Shown here: positions 25,709 to 35,433 of the stretch, piece by piece
Position numbering within the stretch: position 1 is the stretch's first letter
Layout of the letters: each line of letters begins with the position of its first letter
Assembly (NCBI GenBank): GCA_036723985.1
Contig: DAIMGK010000005.1
Location: 235-64,234 of the forward strand
DNA: 64,000 nucleotides
DNA from: Flexilinea sp.
Lineage (GTDB): Bacteria > Chloroflexota > Anaerolineae > Anaerolineales > Anaerolineaceae
Direction of reading: 5' to 3'
Notes under the pieces: model-generated
Told to the model about the DNA's origin: nothing
What the model saw: the letters and a program-made list of their open reading frames with translations, nothing else
Database searches by the model: none
Position numbers and translations under genes: made by a program

Positions 25709-27460
25709 TTATTTGATCGTATTGACGTATTCGGTCAATTCTTCGCGATCGTAGAAGGATTCCGGGAAGAAGAGCGGGTAATCCGGATCCGCGCCGCGGT
25801 CCACATCATAGAAGGAGCCGTTCTTCACGAAAGCCAGACGCTGCGGACCGGAGATCCGGAAATAGGTACCGTAGGCAGTGGTCAGCGGCAGCACCACGCA
25901 GCTTCCGCCGCCGGAGGTGTGTCCGATCAGAGAGACTTCATGAGAGTTCTTGAAGATGTTCGGGACCAGGTTGCCGCAGGAGAAGCTGTTCTGGGTAATC
26001 AGGGCAAAACGCTTCTTGCCCAGCAGACCGAGGTCGTTCTCGTCAAACTGGCCGTCCAGGTTCAGGTCCACATTGTAAACACCGGTGGCAAGAGCGCCGG
26101 ACATAGTGTTCTGTACGGAGGCATAGCCGTCTCCCAGGAAGGAAGCAAGCACAAAGACGGCTGTATCGGCATCACCGCCGCCGTTTTTGGAAAGATCCAG
26201 CACCACATTTTCAATGGGGCTGTCTTCGCGCATGATCTGGGAATAGGCATAGGCCATGATGCCGATGGTATCCGTGGCATCCGCTGTCGGTGCGGTCTTA
26301 TAATAATCCACACCTTCCGGGACCGGGGCGAAACTGTCAAAAGTGATGTAAGCGGTGTTGCCGATTTCTTCGTAGGCGGGGACGCCGTCAGGATAATACA
26401 ACGCACGGGCCGCTCCATAGATCGCGTCCTGTTTGCCGGAGTCAAGAAGGGCGCGTCCGACACCGAACTGCTGGGCACCCATGCCAAATCCGCCTGTGGT
26501 AAAAGGAGACTGAGCCAGGACACAGCTGTGCAGGTCGTCCAGATGCAGCATGATGGCGCCAAACAGGGCTGCGTCCGCATAGTTCGGATCTCCGCTCAGG
26601 AATGCCTCACGGGCGCCCATCTGTAAAGCCAGATCGTTGAAGCTCTTGATGCCGTGGGATTCTTTCAGACCGTAGAGATTGTCAAAGGCAAGGCAGAGTT
26701 CGGCATAGCTGTAGTTGGCCATGGCTTCGCTGAGTTCCTTCGGTTCAACGCTGTAGAACAGTTTGCCGAATTCGGTTTTTTCACCTTCAGCGTCGGTAAG
26801 ATTGCTCTCTTCGTCGCCCATTTTCACGAAGAAGAATGCCTCTCCGTTGTAGAAGGGGTTGACATACTTCAGGGAAAGCAGGAAGTCGCAGAGGGTCTGA
26901 ACCGGGACGTAGACGCCGTTTTCGTCAGCGGCAAAGTCAATGCCATAGGAGCCGGCATCCAGGACAACCTGGTCGCCGTAGCGCTCATAGGAGCCTTCTG
27001 CACGGCGGAAGAATTTTACATCATCGTCGCCATGGGGGTTGTCCGCTTCCAGAACGTCGAGCAGGACGCGGTCAGCTTCGGGACGGATGAATGCATCATA
27101 ATCGAGGAAGGTGATGGTATCGGCATCACAGTCGACGGTCATGGTGAAGGGATCACCGTCTGTGCGTGTCAGCGTACCGGTCTGGCCATCCTGGGAGTAG
27201 CTCAGGCCGAAGCTGATGTTCTGTCCTTTGTTGACATAAGTTTTCAGCAGGTAGGTGTAGAGCTCTCCGAAGTCTGCCAGAGACATATAGGGAACATCTG
27301 AATCACCGACGAAGTAGACGGTTTTGGTCTGAACATCATCTTGATGGATGAGGTAGAAGTCCATATCTTTCGAAGAAATGGCAGTATCTTCAGCAAATGC
27401 GGCGCAAGCCAGCAGAAGCATGGCAAAGATCAGCGCCAAAGACAAATACATTTTTTTCAT
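25709..27460 (-). CDS. secreted S41-family peptidase-like protein, paralogue 2
   Basis: Motifs VVLDLSKNGGGDAD, SFSCGNLVP, GHTSGGGS. Signal peptide MKKMYLSLALIFAMLLLACAAFA. Close paralogue of 38448-40178. Confidence 0.85.
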   Translation of the reverse strand: MKKMYLSLALIFAMLLLACAAFAEDTAISSKDMDFYLIHQDDVQTKTVYFVGDSDVPYMSLADFGELYTYLLKTYVNKGQNISFGLSYSQDGQTGTLTRTDGDPFTMTVDCDADTITFLDYDAFIRPEADRVLLDVLEADNPHGDDDVKFFRRAEGSYERYGDQVVLDAGSYGIDFAADENGVYVPVQTLCDFLLSLKYVNPFYNGEAFFFVKMGDEESNLTDAEGEKTEFGKLFYSVEPKELSEAMANYSYAELCLAFDNLYGLKESHGIKSFNDLALQMGAREAFLSGDPNYADAALFGAIMLHLDDLHSCVLAQSPFTTGGFGMGAQQFGVGRALLDSGKQDAIYGAARALYYPDGVPAYEEIGNTAYITFDSFAPVPEGVDYYKTAPTADATDTIGIMAYAYSQIMREDSPIENVVLDLSKNGGGDADTAVFVLASFLGDGYASVQNTMSGALATGVYNVDLNLDGQFDENDLGLLGKKRFALITQNSFSCGNLVPNIFKNSHEVSLIGHTSGGGSCVVLPLTTAYGTYFRISGPQRLAFVKNGSFYDVDRGADPDYPLFFPESFYDREELTEYVNTIK

Positions 27461-27510
27461 GACAGTTCTCCTGAATTCAATAATAGATTTTGTTGCAAAT
27501 GCAGGAAAAA

Positions 27511-27519
27511 ATTATATCA
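27511..27519 (-). promoter_or_regulatory. extended -10 promoter candidate for S41-like paralogue 2
   Basis: Minus strand reads TGATATAAT (TGnTATAAT) about 50 nt upstream of the ATG. No good -35. The same tgatataatttt string precedes paralogue 3. Confidence 0.35.
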
Positions 27520-27560
27520 CACGCATAAAATTTTTTTATTTTTTTATGCGGGTGAATATA

Positions 27561-27581
27561 CTTTTCGGTTTTCGGTTTTCG
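27561..27581. repeat. short period-7 array (TTTTCGG x3)
   Basis: cttttcg gttttcg gttttcg. Confidence 0.6.
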
Positions 27582-27877
27582 AATGTAATCTCCGAAAGTT
27601 ACGGTCACGGGATCGTCAGTCAGGTACGGGCTTCGTCCGGCAGAGCGCTTCCGGGTACTGGACCCGAAGGTGTCTGTCCCCTCAGAAAACTCAGCTTCGA
27701 CTCATAAGACCGCTCCCCGTCCAACCGTCCCGGCATAAACTCGTTTTCCGAGTCGGGAATACGTGTCCCGGGGTACAGCGTAAGCCAAATCCGAGGTGCG
27801 AATTTCGCCCGGTTTGGATTCGGAGCTTCGTCCTCTTCGGGTACAGCCGCGGTAATTCCGGATAAATCGCGGCTGTA

Positions 27878-29662
27878 TTATTTTGCTTCGGCGGAGGAAT
27901 CTTCCAATTTGTTTCTGTTGATCACCCTGTTGACTTCCCGGTTTGTGATGACCAGTTTGTTATTAGTTTCATTTGTGATTTCTGTGGTCCTTACGCCCAT
28001 ATTTGTGACAACACCTGTGAAGCTGCCAACCGTGACAACATCGCCGACATGGATAGTGCCCTCAAAAATCATAAAAATACCGGCAAGAATATCCATAACA
28101 AGGTCCTGAGATCCCAAACCGACAGCGATAGACAGTATCCCTGCCGAAGCAATGAGCGAGGCAGTGTTGGTTCCGAACATGGTCAGAATGTGTAAGAAGA
28201 GGAATATCGCCGCGGTGTAGGAAAGAGAGCTGTCGATCAGCCTTGTGACTGTTTTTTCCTTTGAGTTCAGCTGATCATCGATTTTGGAAAGAATATAGTG
28301 GAACAAAGATACCGCACAAAGCGTCCCGGAAAGAATAAACACGGCAGCCCAGATCGAAAACAAATGAACACCTTTAGACCATTGGTTGCTGAAGACTAAG
28401 CGAAATGTTGTCCAGTTCCCGCTGCGGTTCATAACAAATGCAAAAACGGCGAGGAGCGTAAAGAAAAAGCGATATCCGTACGAAAATGCCATCAGCGGAT
28501 TCCATTGTTTTAAGAATATTTTTTGCTGACAATTCTGTACGAGCTCAGCACAGGAAACGACGGCTTTCGGATAATAGATACCGCACAGGATCACCACGAT
28601 GGTGATGATCAGGCCGATATACGTGAAAATGGAATTGCTCATCTGATCATTTTTATCGATGATAAGGATATTTTGACCGTTTTCTGACCTTCCGGAAAGG
28701 TAGACATTGGAATGATCGTAGGATGTAAAACCATCATAATTCCGGTTTAGAACGGTGTCGCTGAGATAATCGGAAGCCGGTTTCCCTATCACGGAATGAT
28801 CTGTGTGCGTGGTAAACCTCCCTGTTTCCTCGTCGACCATAGCGGCGAGCTGTCCATCCAGAACGATAAAGTTATTGACAGTATTTTCCAGGCTGATTTG
28901 ATCCAGTGCTGCAACGTAATCATTCGCGTTGACGGCCATCAGCAGAAAGCCATCGGGCAATCCTTCCGGATCCGTGATCAGGGAAGCCACTGAGAACATA
29001 TATATCCCGGTGATGGGGTCCATGGCGGGTTCCGTAACCATATAGGAATATCCTCTGAGGACAGGAAGATAAACAGCGTTCGGATCGGAGTTATTGCTGC
29101 TGACGGAATAACCCATAAAAGAATTGCTGGAACACAGTTCTTCTCCGCTTTTCCCGAAGATCATAAGATAATCGGCCGGCAGGATCTGACTGAATTTTAT
29201 GAGATTTTCCCGCGTTCTGAGTTCCGGATGGTCTGAAAGAAGACGGGAAAGAATATTTGTCAGCCGGACAAAACGCTCCGGATACTCCCCGCTGATAATG
29301 TCTTCTTGTGCCTTGATGTAATTCGTCTCATAACGGATGGAATCATGCTGAGACATGCAGATGTTAGCGGTTGACGACATGCTTTGGAGCAGCAGAAAAA
29401 TGACGCAAAAGAACACCGTGATCAGGATCACGATCAACAGTCCGGGAAGGGTATTCCTTTTTGCAATCTCGGAAATCATCTTTTTATCATCCGGAATCTG
29501 CAAAGGCTGAAGGCATTTGACACCGTAAATACAGAACATAGCCATACTGCAAGCCAGAAAAACTGCAAATACTGCTGTACTGATTAAGGATGATTTGAAG
29601 AAACCGGAATATGGGACCGCGATAAAAACTTCTGCATCCTGTTCCGGATAACTCATCTGCAC
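27878..29662 (-). CDS. MscS-family mechanosensitive channel-like protein with N-terminal extracytoplasmic sensor-like domain
   Basis: MscS core LGSQDLVMDILAGIFMIFEGTIHVGDVVTVGSFTGVVTNMGVRTTEI. The N-terminal half is collinear with residues ~390-620 of the 30551-33442 protein. The start is uncertain: GTG at 29662 or ATG at 29656, with no good RBS. Confidence 0.8.
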   Translation of the reverse strand: MQMSYPEQDAEVFIAVPYSGFFKSSLISTAVFAVFLACSMAMFCIYGVKCLQPLQIPDDKKMISEIAKRNTLPGLLIVILITVFFCVIFLLLQSMSSTANICMSQHDSIRYETNYIKAQEDIISGEYPERFVRLTNILSRLLSDHPELRTRENLIKFSQILPADYLMIFGKSGEELCSSNSFMGYSVSSNNSDPNAVYLPVLRGYSYMVTEPAMDPITGIYMFSVASLITDPEGLPDGFLLMAVNANDYVAALDQISLENTVNNFIVLDGQLAAMVDEETGRFTTHTDHSVIGKPASDYLSDTVLNRNYDGFTSYDHSNVYLSGRSENGQNILIIDKNDQMSNSIFTYIGLIITIVVILCGIYYPKAVVSCAELVQNCQQKIFLKQWNPLMAFSYGYRFFFTLLAVFAFVMNRSGNWTTFRLVFSNQWSKGVHLFSIWAAVFILSGTLCAVSLFHYILSKIDDQLNSKEKTVTRLIDSSLSYTAAIFLFLHILTMFGTNTASLIASAGILSIAVGLGSQDLVMDILAGIFMIFEGTIHVGDVVTVGSFTGVVTNMGVRTTEITNETNNKLVITNREVNRVINRNKLEDSSAEAK

Positions 29663-29687
29663 AGAAAGAAGACTGCGGCCTCCGAGT

Positions 29688-30521
29688 TTAACCGTGGAAA
29701 AAAATTGTTTCCCTGTCCGGAGTAATACCGATTTTCATAAATTTTTTGACTTCTGATCGTAATATGTTGATAATATCATTTTCCAGAGAGTCCAGTTCTT
29801 CTTTAGAAAAAGAGTCGAAAGGATATCCAATCGTCGATTTTTCGTCTTGATATCGGATGAAAGCAACCCCACCCCTGCCTGACAATAAGCGTTCAACGAT
29901 CATTTGCATGGTAAAATGCAGATGCGAGACATCCATTTGCTGTGTGTTTTCGAATACCGCGGCCAGCCAATGATCGTCTCCTTCCGATATGCGGTGAAGA
30001 TAAACGGGCGGATCTGCTTCTTCTGAAGCCTTATTATCAGGATCATCACCGGAGGGTAAACCCATGAACCGGGATTCATCCGTCATCATCTCCTGAAGTA
30101 TTTCCGGTGCTGGCAGTTTGTTCAGAACCGTGTCTGTGCTTTCCAGGACCTTTCCCTCCGCATCAAGTAAGGAAATACTTTCAGCAGATACAACATCCCG
30201 GATCAGCTGCAGTCTTTCCTTCAATTCAAGATCATCATATTCCTGATACAGCAGAACAGCCAGATTCCCGCGGATGTCCATATCGGTAAGGAAAAAATCT
30301 TCCTGTGTTTTGGCATCTTTTACCCGTTCATCGATAATGTTGGGAAGTGCCTCGATATATTTGTTAAGAAGGAGGACGGAATTATTAATTGAGTTGAACA
30401 ACAACGTCGCGAAAACGATCAGAGAAAGTATAAAGACAATCACAGCAGAAAAAAGGAACAGTTTTGACCATGATCCTTTTCTCTCTTTCTCATTATTACC
30501 GCTTTCCCGCGTTTTTTCCAT
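29688..30521 (-). CDS. hypothetical single-pass membrane protein (ectodomain module)
   Basis: TM LFLFSAVIVFILSLIVFATLLF followed by a ~230-aa soluble region. Positioned like the N-terminal module of the neighbouring 963-aa MscS-like protein. Confidence 0.65.
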   Translation of the reverse strand: MEKTRESGNNEKERKGSWSKLFLFSAVIVFILSLIVFATLLFNSINNSVLLLNKYIEALPNIIDERVKDAKTQEDFFLTDMDIRGNLAVLLYQEYDDLELKERLQLIRDVVSAESISLLDAEGKVLESTDTVLNKLPAPEILQEMMTDESRFMGLPSGDDPDNKASEEADPPVYLHRISEGDDHWLAAVFENTQQMDVSHLHFTMQMIVERLLSGRGGVAFIRYQDEKSTIGYPFDSFSKEELDSLENDIINILRSEVKKFMKIGITPDRETIFFHG

Positions 30522-30550
30522 CGTTCATTCTTTGTTGCCGGCCTTTGATT

Positions 30551-33442
30551 TTAATTTATTTTAATACCGTTTTTCTGGAACAACAAACGAATCGCGCGGT
30601 TCACTTCCCGCTGAACACGGCGGAAATTCTCTTCACGGCATTCTGTGATTATCGAAAGTGAGTTATTATTCCCGTCGATCGCTATGACACCTTTGTAAAT
30701 CGGGCCGTTGATCACCTGCGGGATGGATGCCCCGATTTTCGGCAGTTCCCGTTCCAGCATGGCTTCGATTTCTTCCAGCGGCTGGTCTGCGGGTACTTTC
30801 ACCTGCATAATGTACCAGGAATTCAACCGGGACAGGTTCACGATTTTTTTCACACTCTGATTTCCGAAGATCTTGATGTTGTCTCCCGCTCCGATCAGCT
30901 TTGTGGACCTCAGTCCGATCTCCATCACCCGTCCCCGGTATCCGTCGATTTCAATGATATCGTTGACATGAAAATTGTCTTCGAAAACCAGGAAGACCCC
31001 GGCAAGGATATCCGCGACCAGGTCTTTTGCACCCAGAGAGATCGCCAGGGAAAATGCACTGAAAGATGCCAGCAGAACGTTCGCGTTGAAACCCAGATAG
31101 GTAAAAATAAAGTACAGCAACAGGATGAACAGAAAATAATGGATCAGGTTCACCAACAGCTTCCAGATCGTCAGTCCCTTCGGATTCAGAATATTGGTCA
31201 TCACTCTGGTCAGGGAGTTATTGAAAAGGACCAGTACCAAAAACATCAGCACCAGCAGGATCGTCCCGCTGAACGACAGCAGGTTGATGCCTCGTTTCCA
31301 ATTTCCGAATAAAATGAAGTTGATGACCGACGATGATCTGAACATGTACAAAACCATCAGGATCAAAAAGACAGCGGAAAGGAAAAACTCGAATACCGCG
31401 GTGACCTGTTTTTCAGGTGTGAGGTTTTGCAAATGATTTTTCAGTCGGAAGAATAAATGATTCTTTTTGCCGTTCTCATTCGGGTGCGCATTTTCTTCTT
31501 CTTCTGTGATCATCATTTCGCTTTGTGTCTCGGTTTCAATGTTGACGGTTTTTTCATAAATATCCGCTTTATATGGAGCGAGCATAAATACGCCGATAAC
31601 CGCAAAGATAACAGTGAAACATAACGCTGAACACACCGAAAACGGAATTGTATTTAATTGAATAAGCCCGGTTTCCGTCAGATAGAAAAAGTGGTAATTG
31701 TCATTTTTTTCAAAGGTCCCGTAATAATGCTCACCGTTTACATTGAAAGAATCAAACATATAGGAAACATCAGTTTCGGTACTGAGCCCGACATCCTGTG
31801 ATGTTTTGCCGACAAGCCCCTGATCGCTGGCGTATTGGATCTTCCCGCTTGCCGGGGATTCGATCACACACAGATTTCCTTCCGGCGTGACCATTTTGAT
31901 AAAATCCGATAATTCATCTTTATCGGATAACTGCCAGGTGTTTTTCGGATTGATGGCGAGGATCAGCGCTCCGTAATTGTTTTCATCAAAGGGAACAGCG
32001 GTACCGATCATCTGAACATAACGTTCGGAGTTTTTTTCTACAGTCGGTTCATGAACGATTGTGGGCATACCTTTGAGCAGTCTGCGGAAATCGGTGGTGT
32101 CGTCATCCTCTTTGGTCCCCAATGAAAACTTAACAAAGGAATTGCTGCTGACCAGTTCATCTCCGTTTTCATCATACAGCATAATATAGTCTGCGCCAAC
32201 AATATTACTGACCTCTTCAAGAAACGTGTGTGTCCGCAGATCCGGATCCATTTCCAGCAGTTCAGCGATCTTTTCCGTGTAATAGACAGACCATGCTTCC
32301 TCGTTCCGCCGGTTTTGGGAATCCTGTTTTTCGCTGTTTTCAAGGCGATTCATCACGATATCCAAAGATTTATCGCTGGATGTCGCTTCAATGTAAAGAT
32401 TAATGATCGTCTGGCTGGATAAGGCAAAGATAAAAAACAGGATCACACTGATCACACCCATAGAGACCGTCATCTTTCTCAACTGATGCGGATGGTATGC
32501 TTTTCCCTGCTCCGCGGTCAATGCGTGATCCTGAACATAACGCTGTACCAGATAAAGCCAGAAGATGACGGCTGCCATGATGATCAAAACGATAAGCACC
32601 ACCAGAACCACACTGATCAGTGAATAATATAAATCATTTCTTGCGTTCAGCATCAGAATGACAAGGACATCATGGTCCGAAAATGAAGTGTTTACATATC
32701 TGACAATGTATTCCGTATTATTGAAATCGATGATAGGTGTCCGGTTGGAAATATCGTCTTTACTGATCCCGATATCGGAAAGGGTTATTTGATCGGTACC
32801 AAAATCATCTGACCAATACATCACCGGCAATTCGGGATCGCTGGCATCGATCATGAATATATAGCCGCCGTAAGATTTTTCGGTGTCGTAAAGCAGCTTA
32901 TTCATTTTTGCCAGTTGATAGGATGAATTGAAAAATTCTTCTTCCTCCGTATAGTCCGCGAACCATGTGTCTTTTGTGATCTGACCGAATGCCAGAACAT
33001 ATTTTTGCGGGACAGATCCATCGTCTTTCAGCATTTCAGTTTGATGAAAATGATTATCCAGATCCTTCGGTTCCAAACCGCTGAAGGCAGCGGAAAAACC
33101 CTCCGGATAAACCAGTTCATTATTTTTCACACGGAGTACAACGCTTCCGTCAAAAATTTCCGGACCTTCGTAACCGTTTTCCGTTACATATTGTTTCAAT
33201 GCGGCACACATCATTTTTACGGTATTCCGCGTCTTATTTTTTTCTCTCTCGTAGTCAATTTTTATTCCTTCGCTGAGTTTATTGATCGTATTGACAGCAC
33301 CCTCGAGTTTCATTTCATTTCTCAGTTCGGTTTTTATGATTGTTGAAACGGTGGAAACGTAATACAGAAGGGCGCCCATTGCTGCCAGCAAAAGGATGAG
33401 AAGCACGAACGCGAATATGGGATTGCGGACCTTATTCTTCAT
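30551..33442 (-). CDS. giant MscS-family channel-like protein with two extracytoplasmic sensor-like domains
   Basis: MscS core LGAKDLVADILAGVFLVFEDNFHVNDIIEIDGYRGRVMEIGLRSTKL. Several TMs with two long intervening soluble regions. GAGGT RBS. Confidence 0.85.
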   Translation of the reverse strand: MKNKVRNPIFAFVLLILLLAAMGALLYYVSTVSTIIKTELRNEMKLEGAVNTINKLSEGIKIDYEREKNKTRNTVKMMCAALKQYVTENGYEGPEIFDGSVVLRVKNNELVYPEGFSAAFSGLEPKDLDNHFHQTEMLKDDGSVPQKYVLAFGQITKDTWFADYTEEEEFFNSSYQLAKMNKLLYDTEKSYGGYIFMIDASDPELPVMYWSDDFGTDQITLSDIGISKDDISNRTPIIDFNNTEYIVRYVNTSFSDHDVLVILMLNARNDLYYSLISVVLVVLIVLIIMAAVIFWLYLVQRYVQDHALTAEQGKAYHPHQLRKMTVSMGVISVILFFIFALSSQTIINLYIEATSSDKSLDIVMNRLENSEKQDSQNRRNEEAWSVYYTEKIAELLEMDPDLRTHTFLEEVSNIVGADYIMLYDENGDELVSSNSFVKFSLGTKEDDDTTDFRRLLKGMPTIVHEPTVEKNSERYVQMIGTAVPFDENNYGALILAINPKNTWQLSDKDELSDFIKMVTPEGNLCVIESPASGKIQYASDQGLVGKTSQDVGLSTETDVSYMFDSFNVNGEHYYGTFEKNDNYHFFYLTETGLIQLNTIPFSVCSALCFTVIFAVIGVFMLAPYKADIYEKTVNIETETQSEMMITEEEENAHPNENGKKNHLFFRLKNHLQNLTPEKQVTAVFEFFLSAVFLILMVLYMFRSSSVINFILFGNWKRGINLLSFSGTILLVLMFLVLVLFNNSLTRVMTNILNPKGLTIWKLLVNLIHYFLFILLLYFIFTYLGFNANVLLASFSAFSLAISLGAKDLVADILAGVFLVFEDNFHVNDIIEIDGYRGRVMEIGLRSTKLIGAGDNIKIFGNQSVKKIVNLSRLNSWYIMQVKVPADQPLEEIEAMLERELPKIGASIPQVINGPIYKGVIAIDGNNNSLSIITECREENFRRVQREVNRAIRLLFQKNGIKIN

Positions 33443-33584
33443 AAAACAGACCTCATAATTCTAATATTCACTTCAAATAATAATCCAAAACGTACTCATA
33501 TAAATGATAACCATTACGGCAGAATCGCTGAAACTGTCAGCATGAAGTATGTGTTTTGATATAAATTATTTGCGTTATTTTGTA

Positions 33585-33642
33585 ATAAAAAAAGGCTGTA
33601 ACAAAGGTCTATATTTCGAACCGATGTTGCAGCCTTTTATTT
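33585..33642. terminator. bidirectional intrinsic terminator after the AIM24-family gene
   Basis: 12-bp stem aaggctgtaaca/tgttgcagcctt, flanked by an A-run (33586-33593) and ttttattt. Confidence 0.6.
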
Positions 33643-33684
33643 CAGTCAGATACACCTGTTTCCTGTGACTTGCTGATTACTCCT

Positions 33685-34386
33685 TTAGTTTGAAGAGGAA
33701 GTTGTTGTACTTGTCGGGGTCGGGAAGAACGGTTTCAGGGCTTGAGCGACCTTGGCGATCGGTTTGGTCTGAATATAGATCTTCCCCGGTCCGGTAACGA
33801 TGGTGTTGAAAATGTGCTCTGCTCCAAACAGCACATTCATGGCGCCTTTCACGCTCTGTATATCCATCTGGCAGGTGGCATCCATGGCGGCCAGGAATCC
33901 GGTGCTCAGGATCATCTGCTGACCCTGCTGCAGGTCAAACTGTTCGCAGTATCCGTCGATTTCTACGAAGACGATACCGTTGCCGGAAAAACGCTGCATC
34001 ACAAAGCCTTCACCGCCGAAAAAACCGACGCCCAGTTTTTTCTGGAAGAATACAGACTGTTCGATATTCCCGTATGAGGCCAGAAAACCGGTTCTCTGGA
34101 CAACAAAATCTTTGCCAGGCTTGATCTCAACAGCAAGGATCTGACCTACAAAATCACTGGCAAAAGCAATGGAACCCTGTCCACGGGCAATGTATTTGTT
34201 AATGAAAGCGTTCTCACCGGAAAACATACGGCCGAAAAGTTTCCCGAGTCCGCCGCCGGTGGAGGTCTGCATTTCCATATTTGTCGACATCCATGCCATC
34301 GCGCCGGTCTGACACTGAACTTCTTCACCGTTGTTCAGATTCATCATGAGAACCGGAAACGGTTCATACTTGATCTCGTAATTCAT
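33685..34386 (-). CDS. AIM24/TIGR00266 (DUF124) family protein
   Basis: The family's typical N-terminus MNYEIKYEPFPVLMMNLNNGEEVQCQTGAMAWMS, and 233 aa. GAGGAG RBS. Confidence 0.85.
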   Translation of the reverse strand: MNYEIKYEPFPVLMMNLNNGEEVQCQTGAMAWMSTNMEMQTSTGGGLGKLFGRMFSGENAFINKYIARGQGSIAFASDFVGQILAVEIKPGKDFVVQRTGFLASYGNIEQSVFFQKKLGVGFFGGEGFVMQRFSGNGIVFVEIDGYCEQFDLQQGQQMILSTGFLAAMDATCQMDIQSVKGAMNVLFGAEHIFNTIVTGPGKIYIQTKPIAKVAQALKPFFPTPTSTTTSSSN

Positions 34387-34626
34387 AATTTTTTCTCCTC
34401 AGATTTTTTGGGAAGGAAATTTTTTTTCCCATTAGTAATAATTTTATTTTACAGCATTTTTCCCTTTTATTGAAAATATCATTAATTTCAGAGCTGATGA
34501 AGGGGGTATATCAGATAAGAGTATAATTCAGTAAAGCGTCAGAAATATGGCGGAAAAGATCAGTCGTTCCGGATTTCCGATCCCATGACGATCGTTTATA
34601 ATAATTCATGATAACCGAGGTGAGCT

Positions 34627-35145
34627 ATGAGATTTATCGAGACAAATATGGGGAAAGATCCAAAGGTTTTGGTTAAAGCCCACTATGACCGTATCCTGCT
34701 GGCGCCATTTATTGTTCTGGGAGCGCTGATCGTTCTGGCTGGGTATATGCTGAAAAAGGCAGTTCCCGGTCTGATGGTCAGTTTCGCTGACAATCCTGAT
34801 GTAAATATACCGGAAAGTCTCTATGGCGTTTTGGGAAATATCGTTTTTTTCATTTTTCTGATCGCCGGGGTTTGTTATGCCTGGGTCATGATCGTGCGGA
34901 CGACCGAAATCGAATTAGCCGCTACTGACAGGCTTCTGATCGGAAGATACGGAAACGACGCAATGTGCGTCCCGCTGGAAAAAATTGAAAACATTGCCAT
35001 CTTCAAGAATTTTCTCGGAGAAATATTTAAATTCGGAACGATCACGATCGGGACTCCTTCCATCACTATAAAATTTCCTTTCATAGCCGAACCTGAGAAA
35101 TTCAGAGATAAATTGCTCGAATTGCGGGAGAAAAGATTATCGTAA
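34627..35145 (+). CDS. bacterial PH (bPH_2/YdbS-like) domain membrane protein
   Basis: Two TMs then a ~80-aa C-terminal region (LIGRYGNDAMCVPLEKIENIAI...) typical of bPH_2. GAGGTGAG RBS. Confidence 0.75.
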   Translation: MRFIETNMGKDPKVLVKAHYDRILLAPFIVLGALIVLAGYMLKKAVPGLMVSFADNPDVNIPESLYGVLGNIVFFIFLIAGVCYAWVMIVRTTEIELAATDRLLIGRYGNDAMCVPLEKIENIAIFKNFLGEIFKFGTITIGTPSITIKFPFIAEPEKFRDKLLELREKRLS

Positions 35146-35206
35146 CAAACAGCCGTTTCCGGTCGATATCTGATTTGAAAAGGCTGTTCCCGGAAAAATC
35201 AATGCC

Positions 35207-35252
35207 GGAAGTTCCGCGTCACTGACCGTCATGATGCGGAACTTCTTTATTA
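35207..35252 (+). terminator. intrinsic terminator candidate after the bPH gene
   Basis: 10-bp stem gaagttccgc/gcggaacttc followed by tttatt. Confidence 0.5.
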
Positions 35253-35363
35253 TCGTAATGATTCGGAAAACCGCCGGCGGTGACGGTCCCGGCTTTACAT
35301 CTTTCGCGAAAAAGCTCCGCGGATGGAACGATCACCCGGGTGGGACGGTTTCCGTTGAATTAT

Positions 35364-35420
35364 ATAAACAAAACCGGGCGGATCTGTCCGGAAAAAACAG
35401 ATCCGCCCGGTATTTGTTTT
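35364..35420. terminator. bidirectional intrinsic terminator between convergent genes
   Basis: Perfect 14-bp stem ccgggcggatctgt/acagatccgcccgg (35374-35410), with an A-rich 5' flank and tatttgtttt as 3' flank. Confidence 0.8.
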
Positions 35421-35433
35421 ATTGATGACCGGT

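Noticed and set aside
29650-29700. Calling 29688-30521 plus 27878-29662 a frameshifted pseudogene.
   Set aside because: The two ORFs are in different frames and 25 nt apart, which fits either a frameshift or a genuine two-gene arrangement. This cannot be decided without reads or orthologues, so both are kept as CDS.
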